Assembly (NCBI GenBank): GCA_041576165.1
Contig: JBFGLM010000010.1
Coordinates: 32,001-96,000 of the forward strand
DNA length: 64,000 nucleotides
DNA from: Acidimicrobiia bacterium
GTDB lineage: Bacteria; Actinomycetota; Acidimicrobiia; Spongiisociales; Spongiisociaceae
Reading direction: 5' to 3'
The notes below the pieces were generated by a model. That model saw only the letters and a program-made list of their open reading frames with translations, had not been told where the DNA came from and did no database searches. Positions 10,335 to 19,780 of the stretch are shown piece by piece (the first letter of the stretch is position 1; the number at the start of each line of letters is the position of its first letter). Both the position numbers and the translations under genes were made by a program.

Positions 10335-11363
10335 ATGGTTGTCGACGTATATCAGGACGAGCTCACCGGTCCCGGCACGTGGGTTGGGCTTGAACTGCAG
10401 AACCAGGACACCTGGATCCACCGCATCGGCGGTGAAGAGGTGGCCGAGGTGGAGGAAGCTCTGCGTGGTTTGCAGCAGCAGGGCCGGTCAATCCCGTTCG
10501 ATGCGACCGATTTTCCGCTGCCGGCATTTTCCGAGTTCCTGCACACGATCCCGGCTGTGCTGGAGGAGGGTCCAGGCTTCATGCTGGTTCGCGGGCTGCC
10601 GCGGGATCGGTTCACGGCCGAGGAGTGCGAGCTGATCTACTGGGGAATCGGGGTGCAGTTCGGCACTCCGATCAGCCAGAACACCCGGGGCCATCTGCTG
10701 GGCCACGTGCGCGACGAAGGCAAGTCGTTCGACGACCCGACTGCTCGTGGGTATCAAACGGCGCAGAAGATGGACTTCCACGCCGACCAGCTGCCGGTGG
10801 ACATCCTGGGCCTGTTCTGTGTCCGGGCGGCGAAGTCGGGCGGCGCGTCCACGCTGGTGTCGGCGCTGACCGTGCACAACGTGGTCCGGGCCGAGCGGCC
10901 GGACCTGCTCGAAGTCCTCTATCAGCCCTTCTATCTGGACTGGCGCGGGGAGGAGCCTGCCGGGGAGGACCCGTGGTACCGCTCGCCCATGTTCAGCTAC
11001 CACGACGGCCGGATCACGTCACGGTTCACCAGCCGCCAGTACTTCAACTCGGTAACCCGCTATGACGAGGCGTTCGCGTTGACCGACATCCAGCGAGAGG
11101 CCCTTGACTACGTGCAGGAGGTGGCCAACCGCCCGGAGCTGCGCCTCAACATGATGCTGCAGGAAGGCGACATGCAGTTTCTCAACAACCACGTCATCCT
11201 GCATGCCCGGGAGGCGTTCGAGGATTACGACGATCCCGATTTGAAACGGCACCTGCTGCGGATGTGGATCGCCTATCCGCCGGAGCGGCGCCGGACGCTG
11301 TCACCGTTGCTGGCCGACCGCTACCGCATCGTCGAGATGGGAGGGATCCCCGCCCGGGGGTGA
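10335..11363 (+). CDS. TauD/TfdA Fe(II)/2-oxoglutarate dioxygenase family
   Basis: HAD facial-triad motif; NN..LHAR..F.D; RHLLR.W. Confidence 0.88.
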   Translation: MVVDVYQDELTGPGTWVGLELQNQDTWIHRIGGEEVAEVEEALRGLQQQGRSIPFDATDFPLPAFSEFLHTIPAVLEEGPGFMLVRGLPRDRFTAEECELIYWGIGVQFGTPISQNTRGHLLGHVRDEGKSFDDPTARGYQTAQKMDFHADQLPVDILGLFCVRAAKSGGASTLVSALTVHNVVRAERPDLLEVLYQPFYLDWRGEEPAGEDPWYRSPMFSYHDGRITSRFTSRQYFNSVTRYDEAFALTDIQREALDYVQEVANRPELRLNMMLQEGDMQFLNNHVILHAREAFEDYDDPDLKRHLLRMWIAYPPERRRTLSPLLADRYRIVEMGGIPARG

Positions 11364-11366
11364 CCC

Positions 11367-13121
11367 CTACTCGGGGAGGCCCGCTTTGCGTAGGCCGTCG
11401 ATGAAGTGGTCGCGGTCTCGGTCGTGGATGTACCCGAGGCGCGTCCTGAACCTGGCGCAACTGAACTCGGGGCGCGCCGCGAGCACGGCTTCGACGTGCT
11501 GTCGCCGCTCGGCGCTCTCTCCTAGTTGTCCGTGAGTGGCGGCGAGCAGGATGTGGGCAATCAGATAGTTCGGTAGCAACCGCAGTGATTGCTCGCCCCA
11601 GGTGCGTGCAGCCTCGTAGTTATCCGTCATGTAGTGGGCGTGCCCCAGATCGTTGGCGATGTCGAAACGGATCGGCTCGTGACTGCCCAGCTGCCACGCC
11701 TTGGTGAACTCGCCAACGGCATCGTGTGGCTTACCCGAAACGTCGAGACTGTGGCCAAGCAGGTGGTACCCCATGGCGGCCAGCGGGTTCAGCTCGATCA
11801 TGCGGCGGGCGAATGCGATGCCATCCTCCGGCCGGCCGGTCTGGCTGCGAGCCATCGAGATGGCGGTGAGCACCATGTGATCGTCTCCGTCGAGGACGTA
11901 GGCGGCTTCGGCATCTGCGTATCCGCGTTCCCAGGCGTTGACGCCTTCCCGTCGCCACCCGAGTGCCGCAAGGATCATCCAAGCGATGGCCGACGAAGCG
12001 ACCGGTGGAGCGAATTGCGGCTCGAGTCTTCTGGCCTGGTCGAACAGCTCAATTGCCTGGTGGGCGCCGTCTATGGAGTTGGTGTTGAGGTGATACCGGC
12101 CGCGAATCGTGAGGTCCCACGCGTCGAAGGACGCAATTCCCGCCGCAGTGTGGCGTTTGCCGGCCGTTTCCCGGAGGAAGGGCCGCAGCTTCGATGCGAT
12201 CGCCGCAACCATCTCGTCCTGGAGCGCGAAAATGTCATCGAGCTTCCCGTCGTAGCGGTCCGCCCAAAGGTGGTGGCCGGTCTCGGCATCGATGAGCTGC
12301 GCCGTCACTCTCACTCGATCTCCCCCCTTGCGCACGCTGCCCTCGACGACGTGGGTGGCATCGAGCTCGCGGGCGACGGTTCTGACGTCGGTGGGAGTGC
12401 CTCTGTACGCGAACGTGGAGTTGCGGGCGACGACCGCGAGGTCGCGGTCGTAGGACAGCGCAGTCAGCAGGTCTTCGGTGATGCCATCGGCGAAGTACTC
12501 CTGGTCTGGATCATCGCTCATATTGTCGAACGGCAGCACCGCCACGGTGGCCAAGGTTCGGGCCGTCGTGACTCTTGGCGTCGGGGTGTGATGATGTGGC
12601 CCGCCGGCGACTTTCCATACCCGCACCGGGCGGGGGATGTTCTTCAAGGCGTGTTCGCCATCGTCGTGGAAAGCCACGTGGATCTTGTCTCTGACGGCCT
12701 CGTAGACAGCGTTGGTGATGGAGATGCCGCCCGGATCGGCGAGGGCTTCGATGCGGGCAGCGATGTTGACCCCGTCCCCGTACACGTCGCCACTGTCATC
12801 GGCCACTACTTCGCTGACGTTGATTCCGACCCGGAACTGCATGCGCCGCGACTCGGGTAGGGCATCGTTGCGGCCCCCCATGATGTCCTGGATCTCTAGA
12901 GCAGCGCGCAACGCGGCAGTCGCGGACGGGAACTCGACGAGGACCCCGTCGCCGGTGGACTTCACTATCCGGCCGCCGTGATTCAGCACCAGCGGATCGA
13001 TGGCTGCCCGATGGGCGTGCAGCGCCGACAGTGTTCCGTCCTCATCTGCGGCCATCATCCGTGAGAAACCGACGACGTCGGCCACCGCGATTGCGGCCAG
13101 TCGCCGAGTCCCGATCTCCAT
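11367..13121 (-). CDS. Class III adenylate/guanylate cyclase with TolB-like and TPR domains
   Basis: ADVVGFS, VKSTGDG, GDGVNIAAR, AVLPFDNMS..QEYFADG; C-terminal TPR-like helices. Confidence 0.9.
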   Translation of the reverse strand: MEIGTRRLAAIAVADVVGFSRMMAADEDGTLSALHAHRAAIDPLVLNHGGRIVKSTGDGVLVEFPSATAALRAALEIQDIMGGRNDALPESRRMQFRVGINVSEVVADDSGDVYGDGVNIAARIEALADPGGISITNAVYEAVRDKIHVAFHDDGEHALKNIPRPVRVWKVAGGPHHHTPTPRVTTARTLATVAVLPFDNMSDDPDQEYFADGITEDLLTALSYDRDLAVVARNSTFAYRGTPTDVRTVARELDATHVVEGSVRKGGDRVRVTAQLIDAETGHHLWADRYDGKLDDIFALQDEMVAAIASKLRPFLRETAGKRHTAAGIASFDAWDLTIRGRYHLNTNSIDGAHQAIELFDQARRLEPQFAPPVASSAIAWMILAALGWRREGVNAWERGYADAEAAYVLDGDDHMVLTAISMARSQTGRPEDGIAFARRMIELNPLAAMGYHLLGHSLDVSGKPHDAVGEFTKAWQLGSHEPIRFDIANDLGHAHYMTDNYEAARTWGEQSLRLLPNYLIAHILLAATHGQLGESAERRQHVEAVLAARPEFSCARFRTRLGYIHDRDRDHFIDGLRKAGLPE

Positions 13122-13378
13122 CCCTCGAACGGTACCCCATGAGCGGGGGCCGGGATTCGGCATAGTGTTCGACCTCCGTTACTCGGGGCCGAAGAGATAG
13201 GCGAGTTCGCTCGGGCGGATTGCCCACCGACGTGTGGGCCTCCTCTCCCGCGGGGGTGGGTGAGGCGACCAGAGGGAGCCGAGGTCAGAAGGGGAGCGCT
13301 GCCCGACGACTGAAGCTCGGGTCGTCCCCCGAGCCCACTCGAGATTTCTTCTCGGATCGGGGGCCAGGGGTCTAGTAA

Positions 13379-13415
13379 TGTCCCATCCACCTGATACAGT
13401 CGAACATATGTTCGA
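13379..13415 (+). promoter_or_regulatory. PafBC/RecA-NDp-type promoter plus LexA SOS box
   Basis: TGTCCC-N10-TACAGT, then perfect TCGAACATATGTTCGA (13400-13415) over the ATG. Confidence 0.8.
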
Positions 13416-14556
13416 TACAGTGGAACGGACAACCCACACCTCCCACACAGCCGAACGCACGGTCGATTCGCTCGAACACGAACTTGTCGCCCTCGAAGGC
13501 CTCATCGGGCAAGCGAGAGCCCGCCAAACCGTGCTGGTGGCCGCCCTGGACCAAGCGCAGGTGGCCACCGCGGATGGCTGCCGCAGCCTGCACGAATGGG
13601 TCACTGGCCGCCTCGACGTGTCAGCTGGCACTGCCAAAGACATGATCGCCATCTGCCACACCGCCCCCGGGCTGGTCACCGACGCACTCGCCGGGGGGAC
13701 GATGTCGTTTGATCGAGCGGTGGCGACCACCCGGCTGGCAGCCGAAGACGTGAACGACGCCGTGTTAGACGCATCCCAAGGGTGGGACATCGCCGGGGTG
13801 CGCCGCCTCGCCGCCAAACACCGCCGCCTCACCCCCACCGACGAACACAACCTGCACCAACAGCGGTCGCTGTCGATCCAACCGTCCCTCGACCACCACA
13901 CCGCCACCCTGTGGGCCACCCTCACCGGCCCCGACGCCACCACCGTCCTAGACGGACTGTTGGCCGTGGCCGACCACCTGCCGCGCCTCCCCGACGGCAC
14001 CCGCGACTCCCTGTCCCGCCGCCAAGCCGACGCCCTCGTCGCCCTGTGCGCCCACGCCCTCGCAGGTCATGACGACCAGACCGACAGCGGGGTGGCCGCC
14101 GACCGGGGACCGGCCCTGCTGGTCACCACCGACCTCGACGACTTCCTGACCAGCACCGGCCAGGTCGGCGCCGAAGTGGTCGGCGGCCTCCGGGTCGGCC
14201 TCCAACACCTCGAGGAGATCTTCTGTAACGGCACCATCAACCTCAACCTGCGGCTCACAGACGGCCGCATCCTCGCCATCGACGGGCACCAACCCATCCC
14301 GCCCCGGACCCGCCAACAAGTCCTGGCCCGGGACGGCGCCTGCACCGCCGCGGGCTGCCGATCCCGTCACCGCCTCCAGGTACATCACATTATCCCCCGC
14401 AGCCAGGGCGGCACCCACCATCTGTCAAACCTCACCACCCTCTGCTGGTACCACCATCATGTGGTGGTCCACGGCAGGGGCTATTCGATCGACCCCAATT
14501 CGCCAGCCCACCGCCGCCGCTTCCTCCGCCCCAACACCGGCACCGACCCACCCTGA
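13408..14556 (+). CDS. DUF222 domain HNH endonuclease
   Basis: R.ADALV; RDG.C...GC....QVHHI.....GG....NL..LC..HH; start MFD inside the SOS box. Confidence 0.9.
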   Translation: MFDTVERTTHTSHTAERTVDSLEHELVALEGLIGQARARQTVLVAALDQAQVATADGCRSLHEWVTGRLDVSAGTAKDMIAICHTAPGLVTDALAGGTMSFDRAVATTRLAAEDVNDAVLDASQGWDIAGVRRLAAKHRRLTPTDEHNLHQQRSLSIQPSLDHHTATLWATLTGPDATTVLDGLLAVADHLPRLPDGTRDSLSRRQADALVALCAHALAGHDDQTDSGVAADRGPALLVTTDLDDFLTSTGQVGAEVVGGLRVGLQHLEEIFCNGTINLNLRLTDGRILAIDGHQPIPPRTRQQVLARDGACTAAGCRSRHRLQVHHIIPRSQGGTHHLSNLTTLCWYHHHVVVHGRGYSIDPNSPAHRRRFLRPNTGTDPP

Positions 14557-14677
14557 CCGCCAGCCGCAACCCAACCCGGACCGGCCAACCCGAACCAACC
14601 CATCCAAACCCCCAACCCGCCCCGAGCGGGACCTCGGCGCGTCTTGGTGCGTGTTCCACGTATCGATGGCACGGCCC

Positions 14678-15004
14678 TCACCCGTAGGCGGCTGCGCAAT
14701 CGATATCGTGCAGGAAGCGCTCGCACTCCGTCACCGTGAAGTTCCGAGATGCCCGGCTCCGCGCAAACTCGGCCAACGCCGGGGGATCGAGCAGAAGGCG
14801 CCGTAGCACTCCGTCCTCATCCGGGTAATACAGAATGCCACCCGTGGGAGACATCGCGGTGAACGCATAGGAGCGAGCGTTGGTCGGGAGGGCAAACCAC
14901 TCATCGCCCGAAGCGAGGTTCCATACACGGATCGTGTCTTCGTTGTGAGTGGTTACGGCAAGGCCGCCGCTGGCCAGAGCCGTACGTGTTGGGCCCCCAT
15001 CCAC
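14678..15004 (-). pseudogene. C-terminal fragment of a WD40-repeat protein
   Basis: DTIRVWNL, AMSPTG and a ..ARSRASRNFT..EC.RFL tail; no N-terminus. Confidence 0.55.
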
Positions 15005-15109
15005 CCGCGGGCTCGCAACGACCGCTGAGGTCGGAGGCTCTCCTGCAAGAACGCGCTCAACACTGACGACGAACCCCTGGCTATCAGGACCGCCCAGCGA
15101 GACAAACTC

Positions 15110-15515
15110 TCACGAAGTTCTCGATTGGAGGTGGGTGGCACGGGATTGCTTCCAGACTCCGCAAGCGGCAGCTTCGGAGATTACGTGCACCTATCTCTCG
15201 GAGAACGCATGGTCGCGGGCCTTGGGCGAGGGGTTCGTCTCCGGCCAGATCCGCTTCGCAGTCACTGACGGCATGATCTCTGAGATGTACCACGACTACA
15301 ACGTCGCAGAGTGGGATCAGCGCATCGTCGACCCGTTCAGGGCGTGGCTCCAGACAAATCGCCCTGAACTCGATGATGAGCTCTGGACCTCAGAGGGATT
15401 CTTGCGGCCTGGAGATGCTGATAGCGGTTTGGAGGAACGGGTCGTGCCGCAGCTTACGGATGAGGCTCTGGAGCTGTTCGAAGCACTCACCGCGGAGTTC
15501 GCCGCCGCCAGGTGA
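15110..15515 (+). pseudogene. Probable C-terminal fragment of an unknown extracytoplasmic-type protein
   Basis: Protein-like composition only in the distal part; no credible start; left boundary approximate. Confidence 0.35.
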
Positions 15516-15688
15516 GAGTTTCGTGCAAACGCCGCGGGACCTGGTCCGGGCTGGAGCCGACGCTGGCTCGAGCCCGGACCGACTCGCGGGCAAACGCTCG
15601 CCAGGGGGATTGTTGCCATCGCTCCTCGCCAAAGCTCAACGCCCGGCGCAGGCAACTTCTGATCCGACACCCTCACACCTGTTAGGTG

Positions 15689-15957
15689 CGAGCCCGAATC
15701 TCCGCCAGATCCACCACCGTCCCCGTGGCTGCGCTCTCAACGATGCCCTCCAGGATCGCCACCACCTCGAGTGCCTCGGGTCCGCTTGTCTCGGGCGCCC
15801 TGCCGTTGCGCACGTTGACGGCGAACTCCTCCAGTTCGTCCCGGACGGTGTCGAGCGTCTCGACCGGCTGTTCGGTTCGGTCCTTCTCGCCGACCCGTTG
15901 GATGTAGAAGTTCTCACCGTCAACCTCGTTCCAGGCGGCCGCTTCGGTTCCCCACAC
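15689..15957 (-). repeat. 269-bp duplicate of the 3' end of the Gfo gene at 17515-18510
   Basis: Matches 17522-17790 with 6 mismatches counted by eye. Confidence 0.95.
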
Positions 15958-16199
15958 CTCGAATCGCGGACACGCCCGGATACCGGCCGTCGCAGAATCC
16001 GTGTCCGCCGCGGCCGGCGCCCGCGACTTCGGACCGAGGTGATCACCTGGCGTAGCGCGCGCTGCCGCGTGCAAGTGGGCCAAACGGCTCTAACCCGGAT
16101 TCCCGAAGATCGGTACAACCAAAGATGCAGCGCGCGCTTCCGGCTCGGCTACTGAGCCTTTCTCGTGCGGACGGGTGATGGCGACAAGGAGAGTGGCGG

Positions 16200-17339
16200 A
16201 TGAAGCGGATCGACTCAACTCGCAGCCGGAGGTTCTCCGCAAGCGTCGCGGTGGGCACGGTGCTCGCGCTGCTCCTCGCAGGCGTTGCCTTCGCAGCCGA
16301 GGAGCTCGGCGGGAAACTGCGGACTGGCAACTCCGTGACCGTCGGAGCCGATGAGACCGTAGCCGACAACCTCTACGCATTCGCAGGTACGGTCAGCGTC
16401 GACGGGACGGTCGACGGAGACGTCGTGGCGGCCGGCGGCAACGTCTCCATCGACGGGATCGTCACCGGCGACGTGCTCGCCAGCGGCGGCCAGATCCAGA
16501 TCTCGGGGGAGGTCATGGGTGACGCCCGGTTGTCGGGTGGCCAGGTTTCCGTCACAGGAGATGTGGGCGGGGATGTTGCAGTGGTGGGTGGGGACATCGA
16601 GCTCGCGGGCGCCGTCGGCGCAGACGTTTTGTTTGGAGCGGGACAAGTGCGGCTTACGGGCGAAGTGGCCGGAAACGTGTTCGGCTCGAGTGGTAGCTAC
16701 GAGCGCAGCGGCACGATTGGCGGCACCGAAGACGTCGCCGTTCCGCAGCCGGAACCGACCACGTTCAGCGATCAGGTGATCAGCGTGGTGCAGCGTTTCG
16801 TTGCGTTGTTCCTCGTCGGCCTCGTGGCCGTGTTCGCACTGCGCCGACCGTTGGAGGCGGTGCTCACCCGGGCACGGACCCGGCCGGGCGCGAGCCTGCT
16901 CTACGGCCTGATCTTCACTGCCTTGCTGATGGCGCTGCTGGTGCTCCTGATCCTTGCCGGGATAGTGGTGTCGGTCGTCTTTGGTTTGCTGGGCCTGGGG
17001 TTGCTCGTCGGCACGTTCTGGTTCACATTCGTTGTGTTCTGGATTCTCACCGGGTTCACGGTGTTCGTGCTGGCGGTATATGGGGCTCCCATCGTCGCAG
17101 CGCTGACCGGGGCTCGGCTGCTTCTCCGCAACCAGGAGACGGCCTGGATGCGGATCCTGGCACTGGCCCTTGGTCTGATCGCATTAGTGATCGTCACCGC
17201 CATCCCGGTGGTCGGGTGGGTGGTGGGCCTGCTCGCGTTCCTCTACGCAGCCGGTGCGGCTGTGCTCGCAGTACGCAACTTCGGGGCAGGCGACCGACCC
17301 GAGGTGACGGTCGGCAAAGGCGAGCTCCCGCAGCCATGA
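16200..17339 (+). CDS. Membrane protein with N-terminal bactofilin-like beta-helix repeats
   Basis: AAGGAG RBS; signal peptide; repeated G.V.GDV...GG; several C-terminal TM helices. Confidence 0.8.
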   Translation: MKRIDSTRSRRFSASVAVGTVLALLLAGVAFAAEELGGKLRTGNSVTVGADETVADNLYAFAGTVSVDGTVDGDVVAAGGNVSIDGIVTGDVLASGGQIQISGEVMGDARLSGGQVSVTGDVGGDVAVVGGDIELAGAVGADVLFGAGQVRLTGEVAGNVFGSSGSYERSGTIGGTEDVAVPQPEPTTFSDQVISVVQRFVALFLVGLVAVFALRRPLEAVLTRARTRPGASLLYGLIFTALLMALLVLLILAGIVVSVVFGLLGLGLLVGTFWFTFVVFWILTGFTVFVLAVYGAPIVAALTGARLLLRNQETAWMRILALALGLIALVIVTAIPVVGWVVGLLAFLYAAGAAVLAVRNFGAGDRPEVTVGKGELPQP

Positions 17340-17514
17340 GCTGCGGGCTCGCTTCAGCGGAGGTATCGCCATACCGCCACCGGCGATGGTGGGTTTGAGC
17401 TAGCGGGCAGGCTTGGAGCCACGGTCCTCGGTGTGCAATGCGACTGTTCGCCGCCTGGACATGGCCGGCGAGCGCAGCCTCAGCCCTGCGAGCTGAGCGC
17501 CTCCGGCGCCATCG

Positions 17515-18510
17515 CTACTCCCGAGCCCGAATCTCCGCCAGATCCACCACCGTCCCCGTGGCTGCGCTCTCAACGATGCCCTCCAGGATCGCCACCACCT
17601 CGAAAGCCTCGGGTCCGCCCGTCTCGGGCGCCCTGCCGTTGCGCACGTTGACGGCGAACTCCTCCAGTTCGTCCCGGACGGTGTCGAGCGTCTCGACCGG
17701 CTGTTCGGTTCGGTCCTTCTCGCCGACCCGTTGGATGTAGAACTTCTCGCCGTCAACCTCGTTCCAGGCGGCCGCTTCGGTTCCCCACACGGCGGTGCGG
17801 GCGATGTCGGGGATCACCATGGCGGTCCCGAGTGATGCCAGGGCGCCGCTTTCGAATTCGAGAGTTGCATGGGTCACGTCGTCGAGGGTGCCGACGCCAA
17901 TCACCTGGCGGCTGAAGGCTGCCAGACGGGCCGGCCGACCCAGGAGATAGATGAGGTTGTCGGCCATGTGTACACCGAGGCCGGTCATCCCGCCGGCCGG
18001 GCTCTCGGCAGGGTCGCCCCGCCAGCCGGTCCGCGGATTGAGGCCTTTGGGATAGGACAGGTTGGCCTCGGCGTAGTGGATCATCCCGAACTCCCCTGCG
18101 TCGACCATCCCCCGGAGGCGACGAGTCGCGGGCTGGCGGCGGCGATTGTGGCCGACCTGCAAGATCACATCGGCGGCGTTGGCTGCCTCGATGGCCCGGC
18201 GGGCCTCGGCCACCGAAAGAGTGAACGGTTTGTCCACAAAGACGTGCTTACCCGCTGCGGCCGCCTCGGCGACGAGGTCGGCATGGGTCGAATGAGGCGT
18301 GGCGATCATCACTGCCTCGACCTCGGGGTCCGAAAGAAGCTCGTCGAGCGACTCGGCCGGGCGCAAGCCGTGGGTGCTGGCGAACTCTTCACGGGTTTCG
18401 CGGGTGCGGGCAAAACAGCTGACGAGATCGAGCCCTGCCATCTTGCCCTTGTCCGCAAGCATGCCGCCCCACCAACCCAATCCAATTGATCCGACGCGCA
18501 AAGGTTCCAC
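17515..18510 (-). CDS. Gfo/Idh/MocA oxidoreductase (group A)
   Basis: GSIGLGWWG, ATPHSTH, VDKP, QVGHNRRR; GTG start after GAGGAG. Confidence 0.9.
   Translation of the reverse strand: MEPLRVGSIGLGWWGGMLADKGKMAGLDLVSCFARTRETREEFASTHGLRPAESLDELLSDPEVEAVMIATPHSTHADLVAEAAAAGKHVFVDKPFTLSVAEARRAIEAANAADVILQVGHNRRRQPATRRLRGMVDAGEFGMIHYAEANLSYPKGLNPRTGWRGDPAESPAGGMTGLGVHMADNLIYLLGRPARLAAFSRQVIGVGTLDDVTHATLEFESGALASLGTAMVIPDIARTAVWGTEAAAWNEVDGEKFYIQRVGEKDRTEQPVETLDTVRDELEEFAVNVRNGRAPETGGPEAFEVVAILEGIVESAATGTVVDLAEIRARE
17522..17790 (-). repeat. Second copy of the 269-bp direct repeat (inside the intact gene)
   Basis: See 15689-15957. Confidence 0.95.
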
Positions 18511-18643
18511 TGATCGCTCCTCGGGCTCTGGGGAATCCAGCTGCGCTCGAGCGCCGACGCGGACGCAGAGCCAGGTGACCATACCTTCTCAGAGCTGCCG
18601 CCTCACATTCCCGTGGCCAGTCTTCGGGGGCCCAGTAGTGCGG

Positions 18644-18659
18644 GGCATCGTACGATGCC
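18644..18659. promoter_or_regulatory. Perfect 16-bp palindrome overlapping a -10-like TACGAT
   Basis: GGCATCGTACGATGCC in a divergent intergenic region. Confidence 0.45.
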
Positions 18660-18714
18660 ACCTTCACAAACCGTCGGCGCCGGTGGCTGGCGCCCCAACC
18701 ACAGGAGCAGAACC

Positions 18715-19704
18715 GTGCCCATCATTGACATGCATTCCCACTGGACGCCGCGCAGATACAAGGAGGCAGTGGAGGAACGAGGCGAGTGGTACGGCCTCGA
18801 CGGGAACGTGGGCGAGCTCAACCGTGGCGGCTTTGCCAAATCGTTACCCGATCGGTTGGCCGAGATGGACGCGCTCGGAGTGGAGATGCAACTCGTCACG
18901 CCGACTGTCGGGTTCTACCAGTACGACAGGGACGTCGATCTCACCACCCGCATCCACCGCGAATGCAACGCGGAGATCGTCGACTTGATGACCGAGTATC
19001 CGACCCGATTCGCCGGTCTGGCGATGGTGCCGATGCAGGACCCGGCGGCGGCCATCGGCGAGATGGAACGGGCTATGACCGAGCAGGGTTTCTCGGGAGT
19101 TGTGCTGAGCGACCATGTTGGTCCCAAGACATACGACGAACCCGAGTTCCTGCCCTTCTTTGCCGCCGCAGAGGAACTCGGCGCGATTCTCTTCTTCCAC
19201 CAGGGCGCCGACACCTGTGTCGGGGAGCGCATTCAGCGGTACAAGCTGACGAACGCGGTCGGCAATCTAACCGAGCGGACGCTTGTCTACGCGACGCTGG
19301 TGTTCGGTGGCGTGATGGATCGTTTCCCGGACCTGAAGCCGCTGCTCGCACACGGCGGCGGGTACACCGCGTATGGGATCGCCCGCATGGACAAAGTGGC
19401 GGGTGCGCTGGAGGGATCTGACGAGTTGGCGCCGCCCTTCCCCGAGCCCGACGCTTTCGCGCAGCAACTGCCGCCGAGCGAGTACCTGGGTCGTTTCCAC
19501 TATGACTGCTGCACGTACAGCGGACCGGTGCTGCGGTTTCTCATCGACACGGTGGGAATCGACAACGTGGTGCTTGGGACCGACTACCCCGCGCCGATGT
19601 TTCTGCCTGATCCGGTCAACTGGGTCAGAGGGTTGCCGGAGCTGACCGCCGGCGAACAGGAAGCGATCCTCGCCTCGAACCCGTCCACGCTGCTCGGGGT
19701 GTGA
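18715..19704 (+). CDS. Amidohydrolase-2 family #3
   Basis: DMHSH, FHQ, HGGG, GTDYP; GTG after AGGAG. Confidence 0.88.
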   Translation: MPIIDMHSHWTPRRYKEAVEERGEWYGLDGNVGELNRGGFAKSLPDRLAEMDALGVEMQLVTPTVGFYQYDRDVDLTTRIHRECNAEIVDLMTEYPTRFAGLAMVPMQDPAAAIGEMERAMTEQGFSGVVLSDHVGPKTYDEPEFLPFFAAAEELGAILFFHQGADTCVGERIQRYKLTNAVGNLTERTLVYATLVFGGVMDRFPDLKPLLAHGGGYTAYGIARMDKVAGALEGSDELAPPFPEPDAFAQQLPPSEYLGRFHYDCCTYSGPVLRFLIDTVGIDNVVLGTDYPAPMFLPDPVNWVRGLPELTAGEQEAILASNPSTLLGV

Positions 19705-19718
19705 CCCGAGCCCCAGCC

Positions 19719-19738
19719 CGTATCATGCAAAATATATG
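19719..19738 (+). promoter_or_regulatory. Shared operator/-10 motif copy 2
   Basis: CGTATCATGCAAAATATATG. Confidence 0.55.
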
Positions 19739-19780
19739 GTTTAGCCTGCGGCGCCTGGCCGAATGGTGGAGGAGAGGTGC

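Larger units (their letters stand above)
13239..14641 (+). mobile_element. DUF222-HNH (REP13E12-like) unit, copy 1, with conserved non-coding ends
   Basis: 5' block, promoter, ORF and 3' hairpin all align with 30803-32200. Confidence 0.6.

Noticed and set aside
14557-14620. CCAACC-like short repeats as a CRISPR or tandem array
   Set aside because: Irregular low-complexity tract with no constant repeat-spacer period and no cas genes
13200-14680. Terminal inverted repeats or target-site duplications around the HNH units
   Set aside because: None convincing by eye in either copy
15689-17790. Repeat pair as DGR template and variable repeats
   Set aside because: Mismatches are not adenine-specific on either strand, and no reverse transcriptase is in the window
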